This document shows, piece after piece, positions 11,919 to 25,548 of a DNA stretch of 64,000 nucleotides. Below the pieces are notes generated by a model. The model saw only the letters and a list, made by a program, of their open reading frames with translations, made no database searches and had not been told where the DNA came from. The position numbers were made by a program, and so were the translations under genes. Source of the stretch: Octopus sinensis (lineage: Eukaryota); assembly GCF_006345805.1 (NCBI RefSeq), contig NC_043011.1, positions 63,934,464-63,998,463 on the forward strand. The letters are read 5' to 3'. Within the stretch, counting starts at the first letter, position 1, and every line of letters begins with the position of its first letter.

Positions 11919-13270
11919 ATGACGAGTAACCTGCAGGCCTGCAACAGACGAAATTGGTCTGATAATGAAATTAATGTCTTAATTAACACTTGGTTCTCTC
12001 TTTCCCAAACAGAAAATTTAAATGCTTTGTGTTTGAATGAGATTGCCGAAAAAACATCGCAAATAATCAACACACGATCCGTCAAACAGATTCGTAGCAA
12101 ACTGAAGCATATCCAAGTCTCTAACTAAAAGCCATTTTGAAAAACTTCTTTATATTTTCACTGTTCAAGCCCAACAACAACAAGAACAACAACAGCTAGA
12201 AAATCAACAACAGCCACAACAACAACAACAACAACAGAATGAGCCACTCCTACTTCCCTGCACAATAGCTGACCTACGAAATGATAGTATCCTTTCACCT
12301 AACATCGGTCAAGCTCAACAACAACAACAACAGCCACAGAAACAACAACAGCCGCAGCAACAACAACAACAACAACAACAACAACAGCCACTCCTAAACT
12401 CTAGCATATTAGATGATTTACTCAATGCCAGTATCTATTCACCGCTCTCACAGCAACCTATTTCTTTATTACCCACAAGGGGCTAAACACAGAGGGGACA
12501 AACAAGGACATACATAGGTTTTAAGTCGATTACATCGACCCCAGTGCGTAACTGGTACTTAATTTATCGACCCCGAAAAGATGAAAGGCAAAGTCGACCT
12601 CGGCGGAATTTGAACTCACAACGTAACGCAGACGAAATACCGCTAACCATTTCGCCCGGCGTGCTAAAGTTTCTGCCAGCTCGCCCACAGCAACCACCAC
12701 AATTTCCATCATCATCATCACCACTGCTGCCGCTATCGTCTTCTATCACCAAAAAGACTACTAAGAAAATACCAAATAAGAAACCACAGCTCTCTTCCCC
12801 CACATCACCACCTGCAGTAACAAAAACCTAAAAAAACATATGAAGCAGAATGCGCGCCCCCCACGGCACAAACAAGAAACCCCAAAATATGCCGTTATTC
12901 ACTGCGTCAGAGTCTCTGCACAAATAGTGACTGCATCTTCACACATCTACCTGGCACTAGACGCACTACCGGCCAAGGCCAAAGCACGCATCCCACAATA
13001 ACATCAACACCACCAAATAGTAAATCGAAAGTCAAAACACACACAATTCGGAGTCCCAAAATCTGCCGGTATTCCCAACCTGAGAGAATATGTCTGCTGA
13101 GTGACTGTCCCTTCACTCATCTTCCAGGGACCCGATGCACAAACAGAAACGGGGCTTCAAGCCAACACACAAACCAGAGTAAAAATAAAAATAAAAACAC
13201 CCCATGCTGCAGTAATGCTGGTCAAGTCTTTTCACGAAGACACAAAAATAACAACAACAAAAGTGTAAAC
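11919..13270 (+). pseudogene. Putative LINE ORF1 (Myb/SANT-like N-terminus, poly-Q, two CCCH fingers), disrupted
   Basis: 11919-12128 reads RRNWSDNEINVLINTW..RSVKQIRSKLKHI. Q-rich CAA tract at 12170-12460. Two CCCH repeats in one frame at 12875-12964 and 13049-13138. Lies directly upstream of an APE ORF. Confidence 0.65.
12459..12685 (-). mobile_element. Full-length tRNA-head SINE with Deu/Nin-like core and 10-bp TSD
   Basis: Minus strand GGCGAGCTGGCAGAAAC..GAGGTCGACTTTGCCTTTCATC..GGTCGATAAATTAAGTACCAG. TSD CACAGCAACC at 12449-12458 and 12686-12695. Confidence 0.9.
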
Positions 13271-13419
13271 TACAACCCTATCCAACAGTGCAACCACACC
13301 TCCAGCCAAAAACCCCTCCCTAAGCAGGAAAATTCTTTTTTAGCCATGTTGAACATGGCAAAAGAGATACACAAAAACATTCTAGCCATCACTCAACACC
13401 ATCATATGCTATTACCCCT

Positions 13420-14590
13420 GTGCACCAACTCCCCACATTGCTGTCACTAACACACAAAAAAAATCCAAGCCCCTTGCAACAGTCAAAACCAGCCACTACA
13501 CAAACCTCCACCTTTCTACTCAATGCACAAGGTGTCAGCCATTCCATCAATGCACAAAAAGAGAAGGTCCAATTCATTGAAGTCTGGGTTGGTAACCATC
13601 CACACCACATTCCTTTCTTCATTCTCACAGAGACCCACCTTGACAACTCCCACTTGGAAGCCGAAGTGAGAGTGAATAATTTCACAACCATCCGCGCGGA
13701 TCGTGTCGGCAGAAGGAAGGGTCGAACTGCCATTTTCCTGCATGATTCGTTTACGGCAGATGGAAATAGAATATTCCCCAACGGCTACGGTGAATCAGTC
13801 ACCGTGCACAACAAAGCCAATGACCTGACATTAGTTGGGCTCTATAGGCCACCCCAAACACCCATACTGCGCTTTAAAGAATGCCTCAACAGCATTAAGT
13901 GCTTTATTCAACAGTGTCATTCTAGAAACCTACTCATGATGGGAGACTTCAATCTACCCTGTGTTGACTGGACTACAAACTGTTTGAAACCAAGCACTCC
14001 CGCCTCAACCGCTTACAAAGAAGCAGTAGAATCACTTTTCGACTTTTTTCTTGTCCCAACTTGTCCTTGCACCAACAAGTTATCAGAACATTTTGGACCT
14101 AGTGTTTAGTAACCACACTAACACTATACATAACATTACAGTATTAAAAAAACCTTCTTTTAGACCATGACATGGTTCTCTGTAACATGAAATTCCACCA
14201 GCCTAAAGCTAATCCTAGTGACATCTCTCCAGCCCATCCATTTGATAACATGATCTCCATAATGCCAACTGGGATGCAATCAGGAACGAGCTATCACATG
14301 TTGACTGGTCCTTTACACATACACACATCTCCACCGACAATAAAACATCTTGGCAGATCTTTCTAGACACCGTCACAAACATATGTGCAAAACACTCCCC
14401 ACCAAGACCTGTGAACAAAAAGGGCAGAATCCCCTATTATCATAAAAACTATTATCAGAAAAATATAAAAGAACAACCAAAAAAATTAAGAAACTAAAAT
14501 ACTGCCAACAACAACACACACATTCGACGGCTATCGCACTGCTTGAATCCAAAAAATATAACCTCCAACAATGCATGAAGACCCTCATCA
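13420..14590 (+). pseudogene. LINE ORF2 AP-endonuclease domain and linker
   Basis: LLNAQG, LTETHL, IRADRVGRRKG, GLYRPP and MGDFNLPCVDW are APE motifs. The sequence continues with frameshifts to 14590. Confidence 0.9.
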
Positions 14591-14654
14591 AAAATTTTCT
14601 TTCATTTGAGCATTCTGCATTTTTACAATTTTTTCTTGCTTATATATATATATA

Positions 14655-14922
14655 TATATATACTTTCATACTTTCATACTTTGACAGGTTTCGGCCATTA
14701 TTGGCCCAGGCCATGTCTAACTTAAATCTTTCAAGTCAGAATTTGGGCACTATGGCCCACTCAAGTAGAGAGTTATTGTTTACAGAGATATATCCGGGTG
14801 TAGGAGGTTTATCCGGGATTTCTTGAAGGAATCTGTCCAAAGACTTCTTGAACCCTATAGGGTCTGTATCTGTTTTAATGTGTTTTGGTGTAATGTTAAA
14901 GAGAGCGGGGCCAATTGAGGTC
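14655..14922 (-). mobile_element. 3' terminus of CR1/L2-group LINE (inverted relative to 13420-14590)
   Basis: Reads TSIGPALFNITPKHIK..FKKSLDRFLQEIPDKPPTPGY, then a 3'UTR ending in (AAAGTATG)n. A similar tail lies at 57270-57340. Confidence 0.75.
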
Positions 14923-15269
14923 AAATTTTAATGAAATAAGAAGTTGATAAAATATATAAATATATATTTATTCAACCGGTTTTCGTCATTGTATGACTTA
15001 TCAAGAATATTTATGTGAAAAAGTTTTTTTAAAAATTAGAAGGGGGAAAAAAGAAAAATGCATTGTTTTTTGCAAAAGAATAATAATAAATATACATATT
15101 TATTATTATTCTTTTTCAAAAAACAATGCATTTTTCTTTTTTCCCCATTCTAATTTTTTAAATAAAACTTTTTCACTTAAGTATTATTGACAAGTCATAC
15201 AATGACGAAAACCGGTTGAATAAATGTATATTTATATATTTTATCAATTTATCATTTCATTAAAATTTT
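14923..15269. repeat. Foldback palindrome, about 170-bp arms with a 2-nt loop; Penelope pLTR-like
   Basis: 14923-15093 is the reverse complement of 15096-15269 with scattered mismatches. Each arm holds a decayed minimal hammerhead motif. Confidence 0.9.
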
Positions 15270-15354
15270 CTTTCATTTGAGCATTCTGCATTTTTACAAT
15301 TTTTCCTTGCTTATCATTTCTCCACGTGCGGTCAACGCAACCCCACCATTTATT

Positions 15355-16095
<741 letters not shown>

Positions 16096-16098
16096 ATT

Positions 16099-16223
16099 GT
16101 GTTGGAGTCGCGTGGAGCTTAGGTTTTTCGCTCATAAACACACACATCGCCCGGTCTGAAATTCGAACCTGCGATCCCTCGACCGCGAATCGCTGCTCTA
16201 ACTACTAGGCCATGTGTGTCCAC
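16099..16223 (-). mobile_element. tRNA-derived SINE (OR1-like)
   Basis: Minus strand ATGGCCTAGTAGTTAGAGCAGCG..GGTTCGAATTTCAGACCGGG contains A and B boxes, followed by CCTAAGCTCCACG. Confidence 0.8.
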
Positions 16224-16959
16224 ACAAACCACATTGCTGTTCATAAAATTTTCAGAATTCTGAAGCAAAAGCAAAACGAAAAACAAAATCTAACATATTG
16301 TGAAAGCGGAAATCTAAGACGGAGCTAAAGAAGTAATGTATCACCATAATTATTTTAAAATTTAATATATTTACCTTGACTAATTTACTTCCATAACACC
16401 ACCTTTGATACGAAATGTCCAAGTAACCGTTAATAATTGATACGTGAAGCCAGATTACAATGATTAATGTGTGTACTGCAATATGCACGTATTAAACACG
16501 GTTTTTTTTTTCTCTTGTGTTATCTTCGAAAAAGAGATTATCTCCTGCATCAGGAGGAATGCACCATTTACGTTATCGCTTTGGAAAGGGTTCAATGGCG
16601 TAAAACTAGGCGTTGCCGACGGTAGGAAACGAGGCAGAGAATAATAACAAAAGATCTTAGAAGCTGAGGGTTAACAATGGAACAAGCTGTCAAGTTCGCT
16701 TCAGTGTTAGAAAGTAGAATGATCTTGCTGTCGCCTCACGTTCCATATGGGACAATGAGAACCAAATGGAGGAATTGACTCTTATGACATTTAACTGTCT
16801 TTTCCATTTCGTTCCATCCTTATTTTATGTTCGACACCAAGCAAAATGTTGTCTCTCCTTCTGATGTTACCCACTCCTATGCGTCTGTAGCAATGCTAAG
16901 CAAGTGATTTATGTTCACCGTGGATTTGGCAAACTCGAAACAGACCTGTAATTTGACTC

Positions 16960-17060
16960 CATGATTATGAATGGTATTCACAAGATATAGGAAAGGTGTG
17001 GAAAGAGAGTCTCCCTGGAATATTCTTCTGCTTACTTGCACTGTACTGAACTATTCAATT
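16960..17060 (-). pseudogene. Decayed R4/Dong-like RT fragment
   Basis: Minus strand reads RRIFQGDSLSTPFL, resembling RRGIFQGDTLSPLLF in the element near 34900. Confidence 0.4.
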
Positions 17061-17329
17061 GTACATATTACGGCTCCTTATTATGCACTCATTGCCTTTT
17101 CCTCAAAATCATTTTTCATCCGCTCGAGCAGTTTCCCGCACTCAGTAATCTGTCAGAGCGAATTATTGTCGAAAAGTGCTTTTATCGCTTTTTCAATTAA
17201 CTGTCAAAATTCATTTTCGGATGCGGAGATCCATTAATATTACAATATGAGATCGGCCGTTCTCATGAAATCTTTTCAGTAACTATTTGGCTCTGCCACA
17301 AAAACAAAAAAAAAATGGTCTTCCCAGAA

Positions 17330-17334
<5 letters not shown>

Positions 17335-17387
<53 letters not shown>

Positions 17388-17390
17388 GCT

Positions 17391-17428
<38 letters not shown>

Positions 17429-17450
17429 TATCGTCGTCGTAGTCGTCATG

Positions 17451-17512
<62 letters not shown>
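17335..17512. repeat. Compound trinucleotide microsatellite (TTA)n(TCA)n(TCG)n(TTA)n
   Basis: Direct reading. Confidence 0.97.
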
Positions 17513-17513
<1 letters not shown>

Positions 17514-17989
17514 GAGCGAGAGAGCAGTGCATGCCATCGAAGTGATACTGCTGTGAAATATACGAAGGGCATTATTTCCATATGGTTATCTGTTATCATA
17601 AAACAGCGCGTGATCTTGCCTTTTGAATTTTCTTGAGGTCAAGTAGCACATACCGCTCAAAAGGTCCTTCGATAAGGGTTGTTTAAGGATGTTGAACGAA
17701 ACTCAAATAATTCGGAAGGTGAATTATCCAAACCCCAAAGAATTCCTCTCCATACATGGCTATGATGATCCCCGCAACTTCTGCTTCTGATCAGGGATAC
17801 ACATATCGTCATTAACTACGGGACATGCTCAACTGATTAAGGTCAAATAACTGACAAGCAAGTCTGTGAATTTTACTATAGCACATATTTTATACAAAGA
17901 CAAGACAATGTACATGACAACACTTCCAATCATTTAAGATGAGAAGCCGACAGAGCTGCAGTTCTGAAGGAAGAAACTAGACTATGCGC

Positions 17990-18840
17990 CTGGCACCTAG
18001 AATGACATCAGGCGCGCACAACGCTCTACCATGCGTGTAATGGGATCGTTGAAGCGTTCCGCTTTTGAAATTTATAGAAGATGAGTGGTGGGGATGTGCG
18101 ACGACGTTCTCGGGTATGTCTGGGCGCCGACGAGAATGAATTGGCTAATCTGTTCTGGAGGACTTTCTGGTCCGGATCTATCATGAATAATTTCATGATG
18201 TCGTAGGTCTGGTAGTGCTATGGTGAGGTGCTACTGGTTTGAGACAAGCTCTGCAAGTATGGATGTGCTGTCAGAGGGAATTGTCCGTGTTGCATGCAGT
18301 GTGACGGAAACGTTCTGCACGCCCTTATTGAGTGTTCGGGTATTGCTGACTTGTACGTTTACGTTGAAGAGTTGCTGTCATGTGTGGGAAGGATCCATTG
18401 TTCGGCCGAGTCTGTAGTGATGATTGCTTCGCTACTCTCCTTCAATCGTTTTCCTTTGCCTGACGGCTGTGGCAAGAGCAGTTGTTTGATGGACAAGGCT
18501 GAAAAGCATGAAGGCAGGTATATCTTTCATTGAGTTTTTCAAGTTTCAGGTGAAAAGGAATTTGAGACTGGAGACGGAATTGCTGCCCTAGGGTGGGTTT
18601 ATTGAAAGGTGGATGAAAGCTGCGAAAATAGGCAGAGTGGATGGTACCTTTCTAAATGTAGACCTGTGAGTCGGGAAGTAGGAATTGGAGAGCGCACTTG
18701 CGCATAGGGTTTCAGGCAAATCTCGGACAGTGAGGTTCTTAGATTATCCCTAGGAGTCTTCCTGTATCAGGAGGGCCACAGCTCTCTCATGCCCCACTTT
18801 TGATTTACCTTTCTATTCTATGGATGTTTCTTTTTTTTTC
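17990..18840 (+). mobile_element. L1/Tx1-type LINE 3' fragment, degenerate
   Basis: GNCPCCMQCDGNVLHALIEC resembles the L1 ORF2 C-terminal CCHC motif and is followed by a T-rich 3' end. It appears to be the same family as 31620-33030. Confidence 0.6.
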
Positions 18841-18991
18841 CAGTGTATACCGTGTATACTTCTTCCTTATATGCCATTTAATTATTATATATACAAAACC
18901 CTTACTCTTATGTATGCCTCTGTACTGTTCACCTCTTCTTTCGCCCATATGGCAAAAAAAATGAAATAATAATAATAACACTATTATTATC

Positions 18992-19059
<68 letters not shown>

Positions 19060-19175
19060 CAACAAGATGGCAAAAAGTTTAGCACGCCGGGTTAAATATG
19101 CATAGCAGCATTTTGTCCGTTTTTGCATTCTGAGTTCAAATTGCACCCAAGTCGAAGTTGCTTCGCATATTTTGT
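19060..19175 (+). mobile_element. Decayed SINE head (same family as 12459-12685)
   Basis: TTAGCACGCCGGG..TTCTGAGTTCAAATT..GTCGA similarity. Confidence 0.55.
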
Positions 19176-19363
19176 TTTTTGGGGGTATATGCGAAATACT
19201 AGATGAACGCTGGAGTCAGTCTAGCAGAATTATCATCAGCCATGAACTTGCTGTCCTTCTGCCAAACTTAGATTATTATTACTGATTTCTATCGTTATTA
19301 TTTTTATGTTACTTGTTCTCGATAGCATCATACGTTCTTTCCTTATTTGTATGCATATATATA

Positions 19364-19560
<197 letters not shown>

Positions 19561-19739
19561 ACATATAAGGGATGGCCATAATAGGACATCCGACTCACTA
19601 GAGGAGCAACTAAACTCCAAACCACTAATGGAAAGAGAAATAAAAACGTTTACCCTCTCCTTTCTGGACTATGCATAGTTTCGGCAAACTTTGTAAATAA
19701 AATTTATTTATTTACCACTAGCGTGGTACATACGTGATA

Positions 19740-19987
19740 ATTTTAGTAACTTCTATGCTGAAGTAGAGACAAGAAGTTCTTTGTCTATCTCCTTAACCTC
19801 TTAGAAATTTTAGGTATAATTCAACTAATTTGTGCATCTGTTCTAATTTAATTAAATTCTATGGTTTTATGCAGCTGGAGATGCATCTTCATTTTAAATT
19901 GACGTAATGATTGCATTGTTCAATTAAATGGAGTTACATGAAACGATCGTACTGCATTACCTCTGGATATCCTTGTTGTTTATTTTG

Positions 19988-19988
<1 letters not shown>
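19740..19988. repeat. Dispersed repeat of unknown class, copy 1 (copy 2 at about 60985-61232)
   Basis: Shared colinear blocks, e.g. GTAATGATTGCATTGTTCA..TCGTACTGCATTACCTCTGGATATCCTTGTTG. Confidence 0.8.
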
Positions 19989-20034
<46 letters not shown>

Positions 20035-20045
20035 CACACGCGCAT

Positions 20046-20077
<32 letters not shown>

Positions 20078-21384
20078 GCATACATGCATATATGTATACA
20101 TATATATTTGTGCGCACGCATGTGTGTATGTGTATGTGCGTACGATATTGTGTTTTATTGTATTACATATATTCAATGGACGCATTATAATCCGAATTGC
20201 CATTCATAGATATATTTGAAATTTTGCAGATTTCGTATTTAATCGGGTGTTACAGCATGCGCTAAATTATGTAAACAATATTATATTATTTGAATGCATT
20301 TCACCAATTTTTCGTCTCAAAGTCTATTACATCAGGACTTGAATTTTCGTCTTGTTATTTTAGACACAAATTACAAAAATTAAAACAGTAACAAGAGATT
20401 AGGAAGCATGATTTTTATTTACATACGTGCGAATACAATAATCACAGCTGCAGTGATAATTAGAGGATAGAGAAAGTTCTGTAAAAGAAGAGATAAATAT
20501 TGATTGAGGCATCGGCATTAATAGACGTTTTGTGTAAATTAAGCGACGATACTGTATAAAATTCTTTATTGCTTGACATATTTCCAATACGGAAGTCAAA
20601 GGTATTGTAATTGCTATTTATTAATTGTTACCATGATTCTATTACATTCTTTAAACGTATCAATAAAGAGATGATATGAGACTGCAGTAGATTTAAGGAG
20701 ACATTATGAGTGTTCTGTTACATCCGAATAGTAGTACCGGGTTTCCACAATAGTGTTCTATCCTACCATCATGTTCGTGCATGAAAGTGGGATTGAATAT
20801 TTGCGTAGATTACGACTTACTCTTCTCGTTTACCTCCGTTATTTTATGTCCGTATACATCTGTGTGTATGTGTGGGTATGCGCGTATATATACATATATG
20901 CGTGTTTACACCTATATGAATGGGTGCTGATGAAGGGGCAAATTCTCTTGAATAATTGTCTATGCATCTATTGCCCGTTTGTCATCTTCGACCCTACCGT
21001 AGTTTACACTAGACATAATCAGATACGAAATATCATGAGATGACCTGGACAAATAAAATAACTGAATAAGTTACGAGAGATCTACAAACGAAGTCACAAG
21101 GATTTGCCTGCAACTTTATGTTGGAATCACTAATCCAAGCTTACATATATAAGTTCATGTGATCTTTTGTGCTTTTATATAGGTCTCTCTCTCTCTCTTT
21201 CTTTTCCTTTCTGTTTATGCGTGCTTATATATTTATGCAGAACATAAGTACATAGAAGCAAAAGACAACAGCACTCAGAAGCAAATGGAGCGTAGAATCT
21301 TTCATAGTTCGATGTGCTTTTCGTTCCATAAGGAAGAATATTTTTTCTACTCTAGACACAAGAGACGAGATTTGGTGGGAGGGT

Positions 21385-21544
21385 GCCAGTCGAATAGATC
21401 GACCTCAGTACGCAACTAGTACTTAATATATCGACCCTGAAATGATGAAAGGCAAGGTCGAACTCGGCGGAATTTGAACTCAGAACGTAAAGACAGACGC
21501 AATGGCGCTAAGCATTTCGCCTGGCATGCTAACGATTCTGCCAG
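21385..21544 (-). mobile_element. tRNA/Deu-core SINE
   Basis: GATGAAAGGCAAGGTCGAACTCGGCGGAATTTGAACTCAGAACG matches 12459-12685. Confidence 0.85.
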
Positions 21545-21978
21545 GACGAATGTATTCATAGGGAAGAATTTTAAGTTGATGTGGGCAAATGTTTGATAAT
21601 ATTTAGATATAAGTATATTATTCTTATCAAACCAATTACAGGTTTCTTTTCCTTTCAGAGACTTTTTCCTGCACGGCAAATGAAAATGTGATAGTGAAAT
21701 GAAACAACATGCAATCATATTAGCTGGAATATTGAGATTTAGATTTTGTCGACCCTCTAAATGTTTGACGAACTTTTATACGCAAAGTTCGGTTGGAAAT
21801 AGAGGTCGTTTGCGGGTAAGTTTTAATTCTATCAAAGCGACAAAAAAATTATCTAAATCATATTCAAAAGTTATCGATGATAAGGCTAGAAAATTAACGA
21901 GGGCAATCACCAAAGAACTGAAGGTAACAAAATAGACAATCAGAATTGTGGAGCCAGGCGTGGCTCCAGAAGGAACAA

Positions 21979-22014
<36 letters not shown>

Positions 22015-22023
22015 ACACACACA

Positions 22024-22073
<50 letters not shown>

Positions 22074-22389
22074 AAATAAAATACAAAATGGGATAAGAAC
22101 GCAAACCATCCGGACAACTATGTGATACAAAAATGGACAGCAAAACAACCAGATAGACGATACACAAAAAAAAAGACGTGTCATTCGAAGCCTTTTATCA
22201 GTCAAGAACCGGATCATCCTCACAATTTCGGCTGATTAATCTTGTGATTGCTCCAATCTGGCCAGCCCGAAGGAAAGACTAAGCTAAGACCATTAGATTC
22301 CTTGGAAAAAAGCATCGAATGTATACGAAAATAAGGACGGAAAAACAGACGATGTTACACGAATATAGATACAAAAATAAAATAAAAAT

Positions 22390-22427
<38 letters not shown>

Positions 22428-22449
22428 CAACAATTATAATAATAATAAT

Positions 22450-22516
<67 letters not shown>

Positions 22517-22584
22517 GGACATAGCAACAGGCGTCTTTCGACTGGGGACGAATTGAATTCAGCTGGCGTGTGTGGAAATGAAGC

Positions 22585-22625
<41 letters not shown>

Positions 22626-23875
22626 TACATTTAACTTGTTCCAGTTATTGAATTGCAGAACCTTGGGGCCCTACCTAGAGGGGGTTATTCAGACGTTTGC
22701 GTAATGTTTTCAGAAATGCTAAACTGAAATACAGTATGGAAGTGACTAAAACTTAATAGTTGTAATTGCCTGATTGTACCCATGAATATTTTACAGTCTC
22801 TGTACAATTTCAGTGTTATTGCGGAGTGAATGGAGAGGGATTGACTAGCATTAACACGGTATCTGTGTTATGCAAAAACGATAAGTTTTAGGTTGCTTCT
22901 TTTATCGTCACCAAAATGACGAAAGGCAATGTTAGCCATGGCAGAAATTGTAATCAGAAGATTCTAACGAACACAATTAAGCTAAACATTTTACTGGGTT
23001 TGCTAACAACTCTTTTAGCTGAATCTGATACAATATAGGAATATTCCAATGGTTTACATACCGCATCTTGGATGCTAGTGCTATGAGGAACAACCTGAAA
23101 ATAAGGAAAGAAAATATTGAAAAATTGAAAGAAAATTCATAAACTTAGTCGGGTTTTATTAACATTCCTGCATTAAATAGATCCAAATTGGTTAGACATC
23201 ACATAATGTCCAATATGGAATGTACCGTTAAAATCCCGATTGTAAAAGTTGATTAAATTAACGAATGCATTTATTTACTACGCAGACTTGTATATCACGT
23301 TGTTATTAATTTTGTAATGCATCATGCATTAAGTCTCCTAATACATTAATAGTAATATTTTATTAATGAGCAAAAAGTATGGATCATCGTGTTTGGTTAG
23401 TCTATTGCTATGACAAATCTGAAGGTTAAGAAGAAGTTTAAAACTTACACATCTTGTTTATAAAATCGTTATCTTATATTTAATGCTACTCGATAGAAAT
23501 TGATAAGTAGTTATATTTCATACAATTGAGTTCATTCCTCAGTAAACACATATTTCAGCGAATAAAATGATAAATATATCTTACCACACACAATTGGTGA
23601 TGGATGAACTTGAAGTATCCAGTACAAAAATCGTTTATATCGTTAAAACAGGAGTGGTAGACTTTGTAGCTACTGTAAGATAAATGTAGAATTTCGAATT
23701 TGATATAAAAAATACACATTCCACTCATGTCTTGGAAGCTGGGACGCCTCAAGTTTTAGGTCGTACTAACAGAGCATACATAGTGTCAACTGTATCTTCG
23801 AATTGAACTACAACACGTGTTTGTATAGAATCTTTGACGTGGTATAAAATATACATATATTAGGAAAAAGAAGGT

Positions 23876-24130
23876 ACAATAATATCTCGCCATATCGCGG
23901 TCCACCTAACGCGCGGTTCACTTATCGCGCACTCAGTACTTCGCAGTTCACTATCGCGTACTGAGTGCATCACGGATTTTTGTGACTAAGATATGTAAGT
24001 TTATATGGCGGTCTCCTCAGAATATCGAAGGATTCTGCGATCGATTAGCATTTATTATTTCTTTTAGATTTTAATTATTTCTGTGCGAAGTTATGGAACG
24101 TAAAACCCTCGATAGTCGAGTGATTACTGC
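23876..24130. mobile_element. Tigger/pogo-like MITE
   Basis: Ends ACAATAATATCTCG..ATATCG and CGATAGTCGAGTGATTACTG are imperfect inverted repeats. Internal ATCGCG repeats are present. Confidence 0.55.
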
Positions 24131-25349
24131 TTTCGTAACTTTGGATACTTACTTATTTAGCGCTTCTTTACAGAAATTTTATGCTTTATATATCGATATA
24201 TATTTCAGTTAGTTTAGACGTTCTTTTGCTATGTTGAAATGCGTATATATCTGTGAGAGGATATGGTGTACGTCATTGCGTATGCACGCGTGTGTGGCGA
24301 CTTTAAAAAAAATTTGATGAGAGGGAAAATAAGAGGAAAAGAAAATGTGAAAGACATGGAGAAAACATGGAAAGTGAAAGAAGCATACAAATCGAGAAAG
24401 AAAGGAAAAAGAAAGGAAGAAAGAAAGAAGTGGGGTGAGAAAGTGGTTGTTTCTGGAATCGATGAAACGGCATTGTTTTGTTAAATGCAGTTGTGAAGTT
24501 ACCCCCTCCCCCGTGAAAAAAGTATCTTTGTCTTGGTTACTTGAAGTCGATGACAATTCGAGATGTCATTTCTGTTTTAGTCATTGTATTGTCATTTGTC
24601 TTACATTGTTGTTAAGATTTTCATTGCAATTGGAGCAGACCTGGCAACAGAGGAAGTTCTCTATTTTGCCGTTCATATCAACATTTATTTTGAAGGGAAA
24701 TAGTCTTTTAACTTAGATATAAGAGTCTCTGCCTAAATATTTGCTGATGCTGTTGCCTTTACATGCCATACGACTGTTATCTCCACCAGTCCTTGACGGA
24801 GAACTCTCAATAATCCTCCGGTGGGAATTTTGCCCTTACAGCATCTTATTCAATGATTTTTTGGCTGACGTTTTCTGTTTGGCAAAACGGTGCGTCAAAC
24901 AAATTATTCTATTTGGAGTCTGTACGTGTATTTTTAGTTTTCTTTATATAAACGCAGAAATAAGTTAGTGAGCATTAAAATATATTTTGTGAGGATTACT
25001 ATAACTCGTTCAATTAAGATTAATATAGAATTTCTTCACTAAAATATGAACGTATAGCTAACTCTCGTGCTTATATTTTACTGAAATTATAAAATACGAA
25101 TTACACTAAGCATTTCTACAAACGTTACGCACACGTCTGAAAACCCCCACCGGGCCCCAAGGTTCTGTAGTTCAATAACTGGAACAAGTAATATATATAT
25201 ATAATATTGAACGTATATGAACGTATAACTCTCGTGGTTATATCTTATTGAAATTATGGCAATGCATATTAGAACCCTCTTCATAGAATTTAGACAAAAT
25301 TAATAGCGTTTCATAGTGTGAGGAAAAAAGTTGCTTATAGCATCAGTTT

Positions 25350-25548
25350 CAAATTTTGGCAGAAGGCCAGCAAGTTCAATGTAGGGGATAAATTGATTAC
25401 ATCGAACCCAGTCCACAATTGGCACTTGTTTTATCGACCCAAGGCAAAGTCAACATCAGTGTAATATGAACACAAAACGTAAAGAGTGACGAAATATTGC
25501 TAAGCATTTTCCGTGGTGTACTAACGATTAAGCCAGTTCGCCACCTTA
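25350..25548 (-). mobile_element. Decayed tRNA/Deu-core SINE
   Basis: TTTTATCGACCC..GGCAAAGTC..GCTAAGCATTTT..GCCAGTTCGCC. Confidence 0.75.

Noticed and set aside
16099-16223. tRNA gene
   Set aside because: The cloverleaf is incomplete and runs into SINE body sequence.
22190-22215. Minus-strand CTGATAA..CGAA as a hammerhead
   Set aside because: It lacks GAAA and credible stems.
24480-24900. Coding-like minus-strand stretch (NGKIENFLCCQVCSNC)
   Set aside because: Stops occur in all frames and I recognise no family.
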